64,000 nucleotides of DNA from Eledone cirrhosa. Taxonomy: Eukaryota. The position numbers and the translations under genes were made by a program. The stretch covers positions 2,170,001-2,234,000 of the forward strand of contig OZ024755.1 in assembly GCA_964016885.1 (NCBI GenBank), given 5' to 3'. This document shows positions 13,601 to 26,849 of this stretch, piece by piece. How positions within the stretch are numbered: the first letter of the stretch is position 1; each line of letters starts with the position of its first letter. The notes beneath the pieces were generated by a model. The model was given only the letters and a program-made list of their open reading frames with translations. It ran no database searches and was not told where the DNA came from.

Positions 13601-13611
13601 TGTGTGTGCAT

Positions 13612-13670
13612 GCAGTGGCGGACTGGGTCTAAAAATATTGGTTGCCAGGAGATGAAGAGGGCCCACATAC
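13612..13670 (+). mobile_element. Possible DNA-transposon (hAT-like) left terminus
   Basis: Begins cagtggcggactggg, a typical hAT-type terminal signature; no matching right end found. Confidence 0.3.
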
Positions 13671-13770
13671 ATATAGAATGCTATCATTTAATTTTGTATA
13701 ATGAATAAAAAACATTTTCGCAAAATACATAAGCTGGAGTCTGAGGTTGTACATTCTACTAAATCTAATG

Positions 13771-14042
13771 TTTAGAAGTCGACCTTAAGTAGGAGCAATA
13801 ACATTCAGAAAGACATGGACGACACCACAACACTTTGTTTTGAACATTTTGAAAGTAGGTTTATAAGTAGGAATTTTCAGTAGATTTTCGTAGTTGTTTC
13901 TGTGGCCTAGCGGTAGGTACTAGAGACAGTGGAGATCCTGGGCGTGGGTTCAATCCTGGACAAGAGGTACGTGTAATCTTTTTCAGTTTTTATTTTACAA
14001 CCATATATATATATATATATGGTTGTAAAATAAAAACTGAAA
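13771..14042 (+). mobile_element. Repeat with an internal tRNA-like module and terminal fold-back around (TA)n
   Basis: Closely homologous to 40245-40475; tggcctagcgg A-box and gggttcaatcc B-box at ~13890-13965; exact palindrome tttcagtttttattttacaacca-(TA)n-tggttgtaaaataaaaactgaaa. Confidence 0.75.
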
Positions 14043-14414
14043 TATATATATATATATTCATATAAAATATTAAACAAAAAATTATCTATTATTTATCTTG
14101 ACTCTGTATTCCGTTTATCTTTCACCGAAAGTGATTTTTCATTGCATCTCTTCTTTCCATGATATCCGGATTACATTGAGTTCTTCATACGGATTGGACA
14201 CTACCGTAAACTCTTGGTAGATTTATCTACATATATATTCATATATATATATATGAATATATAAATGTATACATATATATATGTATATATAAATGTGTAT
14301 ATATATATATATATACATTTATATACACATATATATACATATACTCACTCCTGCTGTATATATAAATGTATATATATATATATACATTTATATACACATA
14401 TATATATACACATA

Positions 14415-14705
14415 TTCTCACTCCTGCTGGAGGAACCCCTCCCTGGTTGACTTTCACCGCTTTCTGTTTGGTTTTGATCATGTCAGGGGTGTTGCTGCAC
14501 TCACCACACTTAGCCAATTGCGGGTTGGTGAGGTTATTTAGTCCATAGGTGGGTGGATGGCTGTTTACTCTGAAGAGTTCGTCCACCGTTTTTACAGCTC
14601 TTGTTTGTTGTGTTGCCCGTTGTTGGGTTTCCACTTACCCTGCTCACTAAACTAGGATCTAGTGGCGGAGCCGTTTTAGACACCGACATAAAGCAGGTTG
14701 TAATG
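14415..14705 (-). mobile_element. Unclassified higher-GC dispersed repeat (possibly a LINE 5' region)
   Basis: Reverse complement acaacctgctttatg...aaacggctccgccactagatcctagtttagt aligns with acaacctgcttcatg...aaacagacttccccaccagatcttggtctagt at ~54570-54635. Confidence 0.4.
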
Positions 14706-15566
14706 GCGTGTTAAATGGGATTAGTAGCAGGTATAAGGATGACGTGACTATAAACATTAATCTTTAATTTAACAAAACTTAGAAACATTTTGGGGAATAG
14801 ATAGCAGTCGATATTTCCATTGATGCCACCCCTCTTGACTGCTATTTATTCTATAAATCACAGAAGAACGAAAGATAATGTTGACCTCAACATATTGAAT
14901 TCAGAACTATTACATAAAGGCCATGGAATGTGATGTTGCGATGACAGTAGTGAAAAAGAACAGCTCAGATAAACAGTCTATGCAAATTTACTTTCACTTT
15001 TGCTCTATGCTGACATTTTACATATCACAAAAGATTGGTCGTTTGACGGCTTATTAAAATAACACCTTTGGAACAATCAAACCCGAAAAAGCTTTCCCAA
15101 TCCTGTCTTACAATCCTTCATCGTAAACGGAAAAACCGGCAGAAATCGGAATACTAGATAGATAAGAAGTTGGCGACTTGGTGTCGGAGTTAAATGATTT
15201 CCTTTCCCTAGTTGTCTTTCTTTCATTTTACACATTGATTTTTTTTTGTTATGGTTGTTGTTGCTGTTGTTGTTGTTGTTATTATTGTTGTTAGGTTTTA
15301 ACTGAAGGAAATAGAATATTTCAATGGAACGTGTATCATTCAAAAACTCCAGGTTGAATGGCAGCTCACAGGCATCTGGTGACTCATTAATACATGGCTG
15401 TCATCAGTTCATAATCCAATGAATATCATATATACACACACAGACACACACACACATACACGGACATACATATATATATATATATATACTTATATACACA
15501 TATACACAGATAGATACATACATATATACACACATATGTAGATACATACATATATATATACATATA

Positions 15567-15610
<44 letters not shown>

Positions 15611-15747
15611 CCCATATATATATATATATATATACATATACTCATACACATATACATAAACACACATACATATATGTAGACATATGCATATATATATAAA
15701 TATATATATAAATGAAAGGTATAGATATAAATATATATATATATATT

Positions 15748-15814
<67 letters not shown>

Positions 15815-16329
15815 TGACGATTTGCTGTATGTACATGTCTTTATAAAAGTAATGTCGGAAAGTCTACTAGAGACAGTGGGTGTGACAAAATGGTGAGGAA
15901 CGATGTCCTATTGATAAAAAATACAGAAAGTTAATAGCCATACATAATTTATAGAAAAACAACAAAAACAATTATTGCAGAATTGGATTTCTGTAAAGAT
16001 CATGTTGTTATTTAGCTCCATGTCAAGCCTGTCCAACAGATATAATGTCAACTCTGTGACTATCCCGTTTTATCATGTATCAATGACTACATACTCCAAG
16101 GTATCTATCTTTATTGACGATGAAAGAGTGCGTTTTGACTGCAATTTCTAGCAGGTTGTGAAACTACATAAAGATTCTTTCATTTAGTTATTTCGATCAC
16201 GAAGAAATGACCTCTCCAACGTATAATTCCGAAGAAAGTGACATTGTTAAAGACCAGCAGTCACCCATGCGTATCAGTCTCCCATCTTCACGGCACTGGT
16301 ATTGGAAAAGAAAGTAGGTGAGGTTACAA

Positions 16330-16443
16330 GACACGTTTTCCAGCTCAGTGGACTGGAACAGCAGGAAATAAAGTATTTAATAAACTGCTCCAACTGGTCC
16401 AGGAATCGAACTCACAACCTCACGACTGTGAGCCTAATGCTTA
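16330..16443 (-). mobile_element. Family-B SINE head and core fragment
   Basis: Reverse complement contains gagttcgattcctgg B-box and ctttatttcctgctgttccagtccactgagctg core. Confidence 0.7.
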
Positions 16444-16444
16444 A

Positions 16445-16880
<436 letters not shown>

Positions 16881-16919
16881 TTATTATATATATATATACA
16901 TATATATACATATATATAC

Positions 16920-16996
<77 letters not shown>

Positions 16997-17221
16997 ATAG
17001 TCTGCGGTCAGTCAACCAGTGTTTCCTGGTTCATATCCCATCACCGATGTGGCGATCAACTAGTGAACCATGTCTTTAAGCCTAGTTTCCAGCAGTAGTC
17101 AGTGTATTTCCTCCACGCCTTACTCCGGTCTGGTTGGTCACCTTTTAATACCTATAATCAGTATGGGTGAAGTAATTAACTGTCTATGTAGCACCAATAC
17201 GTATAGTATAAGACTATATAT

Positions 17222-17288
<67 letters not shown>

Positions 17289-17396
17289 TGATCTATTCTT
17301 AATAAATGATATTTTATATATAAACACACAATATATGTATGTGTGTATATATATATATATATAAACATATATATAAACATATATATATTTATAAAC

Positions 17397-17453
<57 letters not shown>

Positions 17454-17463
17454 ATATATATAT

Positions 17464-17657
17464 ATAGGAACCAGTAAGACCCCGACAGCTGAGCTCAAGC
17501 CGTTTCGACGGCTAATTCTGGACTAGAATTAGCCGTCGAAACGGCTTGAGCTCAGCTGTCGGGGTCTTACTGGTTCCTATTACCCACTCTACTACCTCAA
17601 GTATTGAGTACTTTGGTGCGTTATGGTCCACCTGGTTCCTTACCACATTTCCTTCGT

Positions 17658-17659
<2 letters not shown>
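17464..17659 (+). mobile_element. Family-C fold-back mini-element with a perfect 56-bp-arm palindrome
   Basis: Arms 17464-17519 and 17525-17580 are exact reverse complements with a 5-nt loop; contains GAAACGGC-ttgagctca-GCTGTC (hammerhead stem III and GUC-type site); TA repeats on both sides. Confidence 0.8.
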
Positions 17660-17696
<37 letters not shown>

Positions 17697-17734
17697 AAAC
17701 ATATATATATATATAAACATATATATATAGATAT

Positions 17735-17796
<62 letters not shown>

Positions 17797-18344
17797 ATAT
17801 ATAAATGTTGCAGATGTGCAACGAAAGACTTATGTAAACTATATATATATGTGTTTGTCTATATTGTATCTGTATTATTTTTGACCGCCGGTCAGTCAAT
17901 GGCAACATTGAGGACCGAGTAAGTTAGATCGCAGATATATATATATAAAAGACAGCGAGAAGCGAAAACCAACCAAACAGTGAGTGTGTTCTGTTATTAA
18001 TTCTGGCAATATTACGCAAATATGACCCTCCCCAAATATAACAATATATATATAAACATATATATATATAATATATATTCCTATAAATCATACTACATAT
18101 GAATATTCATATATAAAAATATAATCATAAACATATACATACGGAAACATACACACACATATATATATATATATATGTGATATATATGTGTGTGTATATA
18201 TATATATATGTGTGTATATATATATATGTATACACCAGGCAAAATAAGAGTTACCACCATTTCCGTTTTGTATCAGATGAAGAAGATAATAAAGACATTG
18301 GGGGAACGGTGCTAGGAAGACTTAATTGGCGTCTCAATGAACAC

Positions 18345-18375
<31 letters not shown>

Positions 18376-18919
18376 CCCATATACACACACACATACGTAC
18401 ACACATACATATACACACACATATACATATACATACATATAAATATACATATACATACATATACACACATACACATTCATATACATATATATACATATAC
18501 ATATATATATAAACACATACAGATACATATACACACGTATATATACATACATATACACACATATATACAAACACGTATTATCTCTCTCACCCTCTCTCTC
18601 AAACACACACATACATATATATACATACACATACATACATATATACAAACACATATCTCTCTCTCTCTCTTTCACACACACATATACATATATACACACA
18701 CACACGCACACACACATATATATATATACATATATACACACACACATATATACATATATACATATATACACACACTCACATATATACATATATACATACA
18801 CACACGCACAGACACATATATACACACACACACGCACACACACATATACACACACACACACATATATACATATACACACACACACGCACACACACATATA
18901 CACACACACACACATATAT

Positions 18920-18958
<39 letters not shown>

Positions 18959-19309
18959 CATATATATACACACTCACACACACACATATATACATATATA
19001 CACACGCACATATATACATATATACACACACACGCACACACACATATATACATATATACACACACACGCACACACACACACATATATACATATATATACA
19101 CAATCACGCACACACACACACGCACACACACATATCTACACATATACACACACTCACACAGCTATGTAGCAATAACACTATGACTATTCAAGTGTGAAAG
19201 CCAGTGTTTAGCAAGCTGGAACTAGGAAACAGGGAAAGCCGTCCCACAATGCAACATTGTTCATTGATGCTCATGATCGGGTTATATAGTCGTATCCTTA
19301 CACTACTGC

Positions 19310-19838
19310 TCTATAACAATGTATAGTAAGGTAGCTCCATCTATCGGAGAGGTACACTCACATACACTCACACACATACACTCACACACGTACATACACA
19401 TACACACATATATATATATATATATACTCAAATGTTCTATAATATATAGTAAGGTAGCGCCATCTATCGGAGAGGTACACTCACATACACTCACACACAT
19501 ACACTCACACACATACATACACATACACACATATATATATATATATACTCAAATGTTCTATAATATATAGTAAGGTAGCGCCATCTATCGGCGAGGTACA
19601 CTCACATACACTCACACACATACATACACATACACATATACATATATATATACTCAAATGTTCTATAATATATAGTAAGGTAGCGCCATCTATCGGCGAG
19701 GTACACTCACATACACTCACACACATACATACACATACACATATACATATATATATACTCAAATGTTCTATAATATATATCAAGGTAGCTCGGTTTATTG
19801 GAGAGGTACACTCACATACAATCACACACATATACATG

Positions 19839-19899
<61 letters not shown>

Positions 19900-20078
19900 C
19901 AAAGGAATTGTGGTAAGGAACCAGATGGACCATAACGCACCAGAGTACTCAATATTTAGGGTAGTAGAGTGGGTAATATGAAAATGTTTAACCCCGATGG
20001 CAAAGCTCAAGCCGTTTCGACGGCTATTTCTGGACTCGTCAAAACGGCTTGAGCTCTGCCGTCAGGGTCATACTTTTT

Positions 20079-20137
<59 letters not shown>

Positions 20138-20270
20138 ATATATATATATGTATATATATATGTATATATATATATATATATGTATATACACATATGTATG
20201 TCTATCTTTACTCTAATGTTCTATGATATATAGCAAGGTAGCTCAGGTTATTGGAGAAGTACACCTACAT
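19310..20270. repeat. Minisatellite of ~105-120 bp units, each with a conserved core and a CA/TA-rich part
   Basis: Core ctcaaatgttctataatatatagtaaggtagcgccatctatcggagaggtacactcacat starts near 19310, 19428, 19548, 19653 and 19759, with a diverged copy near 20210. Confidence 0.9.
19898..20080 (-). mobile_element. Family-C fold-back mini-element inserted in the TA tract of the minisatellite
   Basis: Homologous to 1815-1953 and 17464-17659; imperfect palindrome. Confidence 0.8.
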
Positions 20271-20449
20271 ACACACATATAGACACACACATATACACAA
20301 ACACACATACATACACATAAAACCCACACACATATACACACACACATTTTATTCACATTGTGGGTAAATTTCCCCTCTTGTTCTAACGCACACTAATAAG
20401 ATCGACAGATAGAGAAAGTAATACTTGCATATATGTTTATATAGATATG

Positions 20450-20525
<76 letters not shown>

Positions 20526-20849
20526 AGTGTCTATGAAAGTATACATTGTTTTTTCGTAATGAAACAAAAAAAATATTTTTCTCTACTTTCCTTTGTAAAT
20601 AAGTTCTGTGAATGACAGACAGTGTTGTTTCAAGATTTGTTAATCCCTCGCCAGTAACAGTTCTTCCTCAATACCGTTTTCTCTCACTGTACCTCACTCT
20701 CTATCTATCTATCTATCTATCTATATATTTATCTATGTCCTTCTCTGGAAGAAATCGGTTCCGTTCAGACTTGGAGAGGAGAGAAAGCATGGCGTCCAAC
20801 CCTCTACCGATAATAATAATAAATGTGAAGATTAAAATCGAAAATATAA

Positions 20850-20908
<59 letters not shown>

Positions 20909-21799
20909 TGCCTCTCTGTTTTGTTCCCGTCTATTGTACTATATATATATATATATACTTAATATACAGAGAAGAAGAAGAAGAAGAAGAAGAAGAAGAA
21001 GAAGAAGAAGAAGAAGAAGAAGAAGACGACGACAGCGTATTATTTCGTCCAGTGAGTAAGAAAGAACATTTTCTAAACAATGGAGATAACAATGATGTGT
21101 TTTACAGATTGAAACAAAATTGAAGAGACTTCTACATCACTTTCTTTACGTTTAACAATGCGCCTGGAGGCTGGGTTATATCAACATGGAGATATGATGG
21201 ACATACTATGAAATGAAGCAATAATTATTAGAAATCGTCTCTAAAATACCAGGGAGGTGACATATAACTAATAGACGTACAATACAGTTAAGTATCGTTG
21301 AACAGTCGATTATCTGCTTTCATTAATACCTTATGGCTAATATTGAAATTAGATTTTCTTTTAATAGTTTCACTAATTAACTTTTTAATAGATGCTTTAA
21401 TTAACTTTCTAGTTCTAATGGTTACTTTAATTAACCTCTTACTAACAATAGTTACTTCGCTTCGGGTCTTTACACCAACTGTACATTTCACACATCCATC
21501 CTATATATATTTTCATGCCCCTTTGAATCAATTCCACAGACATTTCTCCAGCCATAAACCTACGATTACTCATCACAATTTAAAATATTCAATTTATTTT
21601 ATTCTTTAGCTTGAAATGGTTTATAAACAATTGTGGTCTCAAAACAGAATCTAATTTGAAAATTACTTCAAATTAGGTTAACAACCTTTTGAAGATGATC
21701 ATATGAACTCGGAAGAACTTTAAAGATTTTATGTAATTATAGTTTTTCTCTCCAGAAAATAACATATACTTAAACGCCATGTGAACATATTTCTTCTAC

Positions 21800-21955
21800 T
21801 TCTTCTTCTCCCCCTTATTCCTAAGAGGGTCGTCGGAACAGAGTCCTCAAACACTCCTTCCAGCGAGTTCTGTCAGAAGCAACCGTTTCCAATTAATCAG
21901 ACTGGATACCCAAACGAGATCATCCGAGCTCATGGATGTTATCGAGCTATATTAC
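21800..21955 (-). mobile_element. RTE-clade LINE 3' end remnant with (GAA)-like tail
   Basis: Translates LDNIHELG*SRLGIQSD*LETVASDRTRWKECLRTLFRRPS*; homologous to 28095-28311. Confidence 0.8.
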
Positions 21956-22042
21956 TCGGCAGGATTTGAACTCAGAACATAAAGGGACGTAACTATGCCG
22001 CGAAGCACGGTGTCCGACGTTCTACCGATTCCGCCAATCCAC
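21956..22042 (-). mobile_element. Family-A SINE tRNA-like head only
   Basis: Reverse complement gtggattggcggaatcggtagaacgtcggac...ctgagttcaaatcctgccgag stops where the RTE fragment begins. Confidence 0.85.
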
Positions 22043-22629
22043 GAGATTAGGGGACTACTTACTTTATCGTAATTCAGCTCATATATATTTTCTACGTACC
22101 TGTGTAATCATGTGCGTGGGTGCATACACACGTTTATATATATATATATGTATATATGTACATATATACATATATACATATATATATATATATCTCTTTG
22201 CCATCCCTTGTGTATATTATCCGATTCTCTTAGCTATTATTTTTAGCAATCGACTGGGTTTACGGTTATTTGCTGCATCTGAGACTCCTAAGTTTTCCTA
22301 TGAATATATATATATGTGTGTATGTGTTTTTCTGTGTATGTGTTTGTATTATATATATATGTGCGTGTGTATGCGTTTGTATGTGTCTGATGTGTATGTA
22401 TGTGTATGTGTGTACATGTATGTATGTTTGCATCTATGTATGAATGTACGTGTGTACACATCTTATGTGTGGAGAAACAAATTTTTCAATTAAACGTTTC
22501 TGGAAAACACAAAAGTTTGTTCGGAGTAGTAAATAAAATAAGTATGGCTTCTTCTACCATTATTTTAAGATTGAGAGCTGTATAAATCTCCGAGAAAGTC
22601 AATTACACCATTTCGAGATACAAACATTC

Positions 22630-22679
<50 letters not shown>

Positions 22680-22699
22680 CTGTGTCGTGTCTGTGTGTG

Positions 22700-22740
<41 letters not shown>

Positions 22741-22747
22741 GTGTGTG

Positions 22748-22808
<61 letters not shown>

Positions 22809-22819
22809 GTGTGTGTATT

Positions 22820-22844
<25 letters not shown>

Positions 22845-22851
<7 letters not shown>

Positions 22852-23030
22852 TCAATTTATGTGAGAGAGTGAGTGAATTTGCTCCGAAATAATTTGACGT
22901 GTCCGTCGAACCTGCAGATCCTGAATCAGACAGATCTACACAATGATCGTGTCTCGAGCTGTCCGCCGGCGAAACAATTGTAACACACAATAAATTGAGT
23001 TCAGATGCATTACTGATTTTTCGTTTTATA
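22845..23030 (+). mobile_element. Second family-E element, (TA)n-embedded
   Basis: Shares ctcgagctgt..cg.cgg.gaaacaattgtaa...aataaattg.gttc.gatgcat.ac.gatt.ttcgtttt with 16801-16876. Confidence 0.7.
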
Positions 23031-23225
23031 TTATATATATATATAATACAATATATACAATATATACAATATATATATATATAAACAGATACATCACGTC
23101 TGCCTATATTAAAGACACAAATGGATGTTTGTCCTTATATGGAAATAATGGATGTCCACTCAGATATATAATGTCAGAAGTGATATTCTTAGTTAGAAGA
23201 CCGTTTTAATTCCCTTTCACAGTGA

Positions 23226-23256
<31 letters not shown>

Positions 23257-23560
23257 GTTGAACGATTTCTATACGTGAATATGTGTTTATGTCTATATGA
23301 GTATGTGTCTATATGTCTATATGTGTATATGTCTATATGTGTATAAGTGTATATGTCTATATGGCTATATGTCTATATGGCTATATGTGTATATTCCACC
23401 CTGAAACAGGGAATTACTTCATAGGTAGAAATGTCTGTGGAACGGTCGACCACTTACCTATCAGTTTCATGAGCTGGTTGTTCCGTTGGTCGACAAACTG
23501 GAGCAGCCAGCGTCGAAACCGACTGAGATCCATCGATCGATCCGTCTAGTGAAACACGTG

Positions 23561-25070
23561 TTATCACATGAGACTGTAGTCCGCCATATTACAGATATAT
23601 ATCCAATGTTGTAATAATACCAACATTATCACATGAGGTTGTAGTCCGCCATATTACACTCATGACAAGGTAGCATTTATATACATCTTATCACATGATA
23701 CTGTAGTCCACGATATCACACACATCTAAGGTAGCAATAATATCAACATTATCACATGATACTGTAGTCCACGATATCACACACATCTACCCAAGGTAGC
23801 AATAATATCAACATTATCAGATGATACTGTAGTCCACGATATCACACACATATACCCAAGGTAGCAATAATATCAACATTATCACATGATACTGTAGTCC
23901 ACGATATCACACACATCTACCCAAGATAGCAATACTATCAACATTATCACATGATACTGTAGTCCACGATATCACACACATACCCAAGATAGCAATACTA
24001 TCAACATTATCACATGATACTGTAGTCCACGATATCACACACATCTAAGGTAGCAATACTATCAACATTATCACATGATACTGTAGTCCACGATATCACA
24101 CACATCTAAGGTAGCAATAATATCAACATTATCACATGATACTGTAGTCCACGATATCACACACATCTACCCAAGATAGCAATACTATCAACATTATCAC
24201 ATGATACTGTAGTCCACGATATCACACACATCTACCCAAGATAGCAATACTATCAACATTATCACATGATACTGTAGTCCACGATATCACACACATACCC
24301 AAGATAGCAATACTATCAACATTATCACATGATACTGTAGTCCACGATATCACACACATCTAAGGTAGCAATACTATCAACATTATCACATGATACTGTA
24401 GTCCACGATATCACACACATCTAAGGTAGCAATAATATCAACATTATCACATGATACTGTAGTCCACGATATCACACACATCTACCCAAGATAGCAATAC
24501 TATCAACATTATCACATGATACTGTAGTCCACGATATCACACACATCTACCCAAGATAGCAATACTATCAACATTATCACATGATACTGTAGTCCACGAT
24601 ATCACACACATCTAAGGTAGCAATACTATCAACATTATCACATGATACTGTAGTCCACGATATCACACACATCTAAGGTAGCAATACTATCAACATTATC
24701 ACATGATACTGTAGTCCACGATATCACACACATCTAAGGTAGCAATACTATCAACATTATCACATGATACTGTAGTCCACGATATCACACACATCTAAGG
24801 TAGCAATAATATCAACATTATCACATGATACTGTAGTCCACGATATCACACATCTACCCAAGGTAGCAATACTATCAACATTATCACATGATACTGTAGT
24901 CCACGATATCACACACATATACCCAAGGTAGCAATAATATCAACATTATCACATGATACTGTAGTCCACGATATCACACACATCTAAGGTAGCAATACTA
25001 TCAACATTATCACATGATACTGTAGTCCACGATATCACACACACATACCCAAGGTAGCAATAATATCAAC
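23561..25070. repeat. Minisatellite, 61/63/65-bp units, 22 homogeneous copies plus 2 diverged 5' copies
   Basis: Unit ttatcacatgatactgtagtccacgatatcacacacatct(accc)aag(g/a)tagcaata(a/c)tatcaaca, counted directly. Confidence 0.97.
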
Positions 25071-25177
25071 CCTATCTGTCTAATTGAACTCAATATCTAA
25101 CCAAGCGTATCATTAACTTTTATGGAATATCTAAATAGTTTAACACTTTGCACACCTGTTGTCACTTTAAGTAGACT

Positions 25178-25179
<2 letters not shown>

Positions 25180-25222
<43 letters not shown>

Positions 25223-25353
25223 CTATCTATACATCACTCTCTCTCTCCCTCTTTCTCTCTCTCTCTCCCTCTTTTGCTATCTATACATCACTCTCTCTCT
25301 CCCTCCCTCCCTCTTTCTCTCTCTCTCTCTCTCCCTCTTTTGCTATCTATACA

Positions 25354-25389
<36 letters not shown>

Positions 25390-25401
25390 GCTATCTATAC
25401 A

Positions 25402-25437
<36 letters not shown>

Positions 25438-25494
25438 GCTATCTATACATCACTCTTTCTCCCTCTCTCTCTCTCTCATGCTATCTATACATCA

Positions 25495-25525
<31 letters not shown>

Positions 25526-25735
25526 TCATGCTATCTATACATCACTCTCTCTCTCTCTCTCTTCTCTCCCTCTCTCTCATGGTATCTATACATCACTCTT
25601 TCTCCCTCTCTCTCTCATGCTATCTATACATCACTCTCTCTCTCTATCTATCTATCTATCTCTCATGCTATCTATACATCACCCTCTATCTCTCTCTCTC
25701 TCTCTACCTCTCTTTCTCTATCTCTACATCACTCT
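25180..25735. repeat. Compound repeat: constant tgctatctatacatcact motif separated by variable (CT)n tracts
   Basis: About 11-12 copies of the motif with CT-rich linkers of differing length. Confidence 0.9.
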
Positions 25736-25920
25736 TTGGTTGTGTATGTATACATATATTCATGCATACACACACAATACCAAACCACAAACCTGTAATA
25801 AATATACACATACATACATACACACACATACGTATGTACGTATGTATGTATGTGTATGTATGTGTATGTATGTATGGATATACATACATACATACATACA
25901 TACATACATGCATACATACA

Positions 25921-25952
<32 letters not shown>

Positions 25953-25953
25953 G

Positions 25954-26007
<54 letters not shown>

Positions 26008-26199
26008 GTGGTGGTGCTGCTGTTGATAGTGGTTGTTGTTGTTGTTGACGACGTCATGTTGCTGCTATTAATGCAGGTGTGGTTGTTGATGATGATGAGG
26101 ATGATGAAGATAAAGATGAAAGATGATGATGATGATGTTTGAGAAGGTAACCCTATTGATAAACACATACTTTCCTTAAGCTGATAACCCTAACTTCAA

Positions 26200-26270
26200 A
26201 GGTAGCGCCCCCTATCTTATCCTTTAAGCCACATCTACCTGCCATTGCAATCTCGTTACCATGGCAGCGG
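26200..26270. promoter_or_regulatory. Possible regulatory module: CTCF-like motif and RFX X-box-like motif
   Basis: tagcgccccctat (reverse strand AGGGGGCGCTA) near 26203 and gttaccatggcagc near 26255 in non-repetitive sequence; motif match only. Confidence 0.25.
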
Positions 26271-26467
26271 CTAGCTTGAAACGCTGGTGTTGTCTTCAAA
26301 TCAGAAAGATGGAGGACGAAAACTTTTTAACTATAGCACCTCATTTAAATATTAATGATATTTACTCTCTCTCGCCATTTCTCTCACTCTCACTCTCTCT
26401 CACGCACACTCTCTCCCTCTTTCATACACTCTCTCTCTCTCTCTCTCACTCTCTCTCTCCCTGTCCT

Positions 26468-26503
<36 letters not shown>

Positions 26504-26790
26504 TCTCTCCCTCTTTCACACACTCTCTCTCTTCTCTCCCTCTTTCCGGCTCGCTCTCACACACACACACACACTCTCTCTCTCTCTCTTTTTCTCTCTC
26601 TCTCTCTCTCTCTCTCACTCTCTCCCTCTTTCATGTCTGTCTTTTCTTTTTCCTTTCACCTATCATCTCTTTCCTCTTTCTAAAATATATTTTCTCTTCA
26701 TCATTTTCCTCTCACTCTCCGTATTTCCGACTCACAAAATCCTCTATCACGTGACATCCCTCTTTTACTGTTTTTCTTCCGTAATTCTTC

Positions 26791-26849
<59 letters not shown>

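Noticed and set aside
23561-25070. CRISPR-like regular array
   Set aside because: Units are contiguous near-identical repeats with no unique spacers; no cas genes; eukaryotic context.
25180-25735. Constant repeat with variable spacers (CRISPR-like look)
   Set aside because: The spacers are only (CT)n length variants, i.e. a compound microsatellite.
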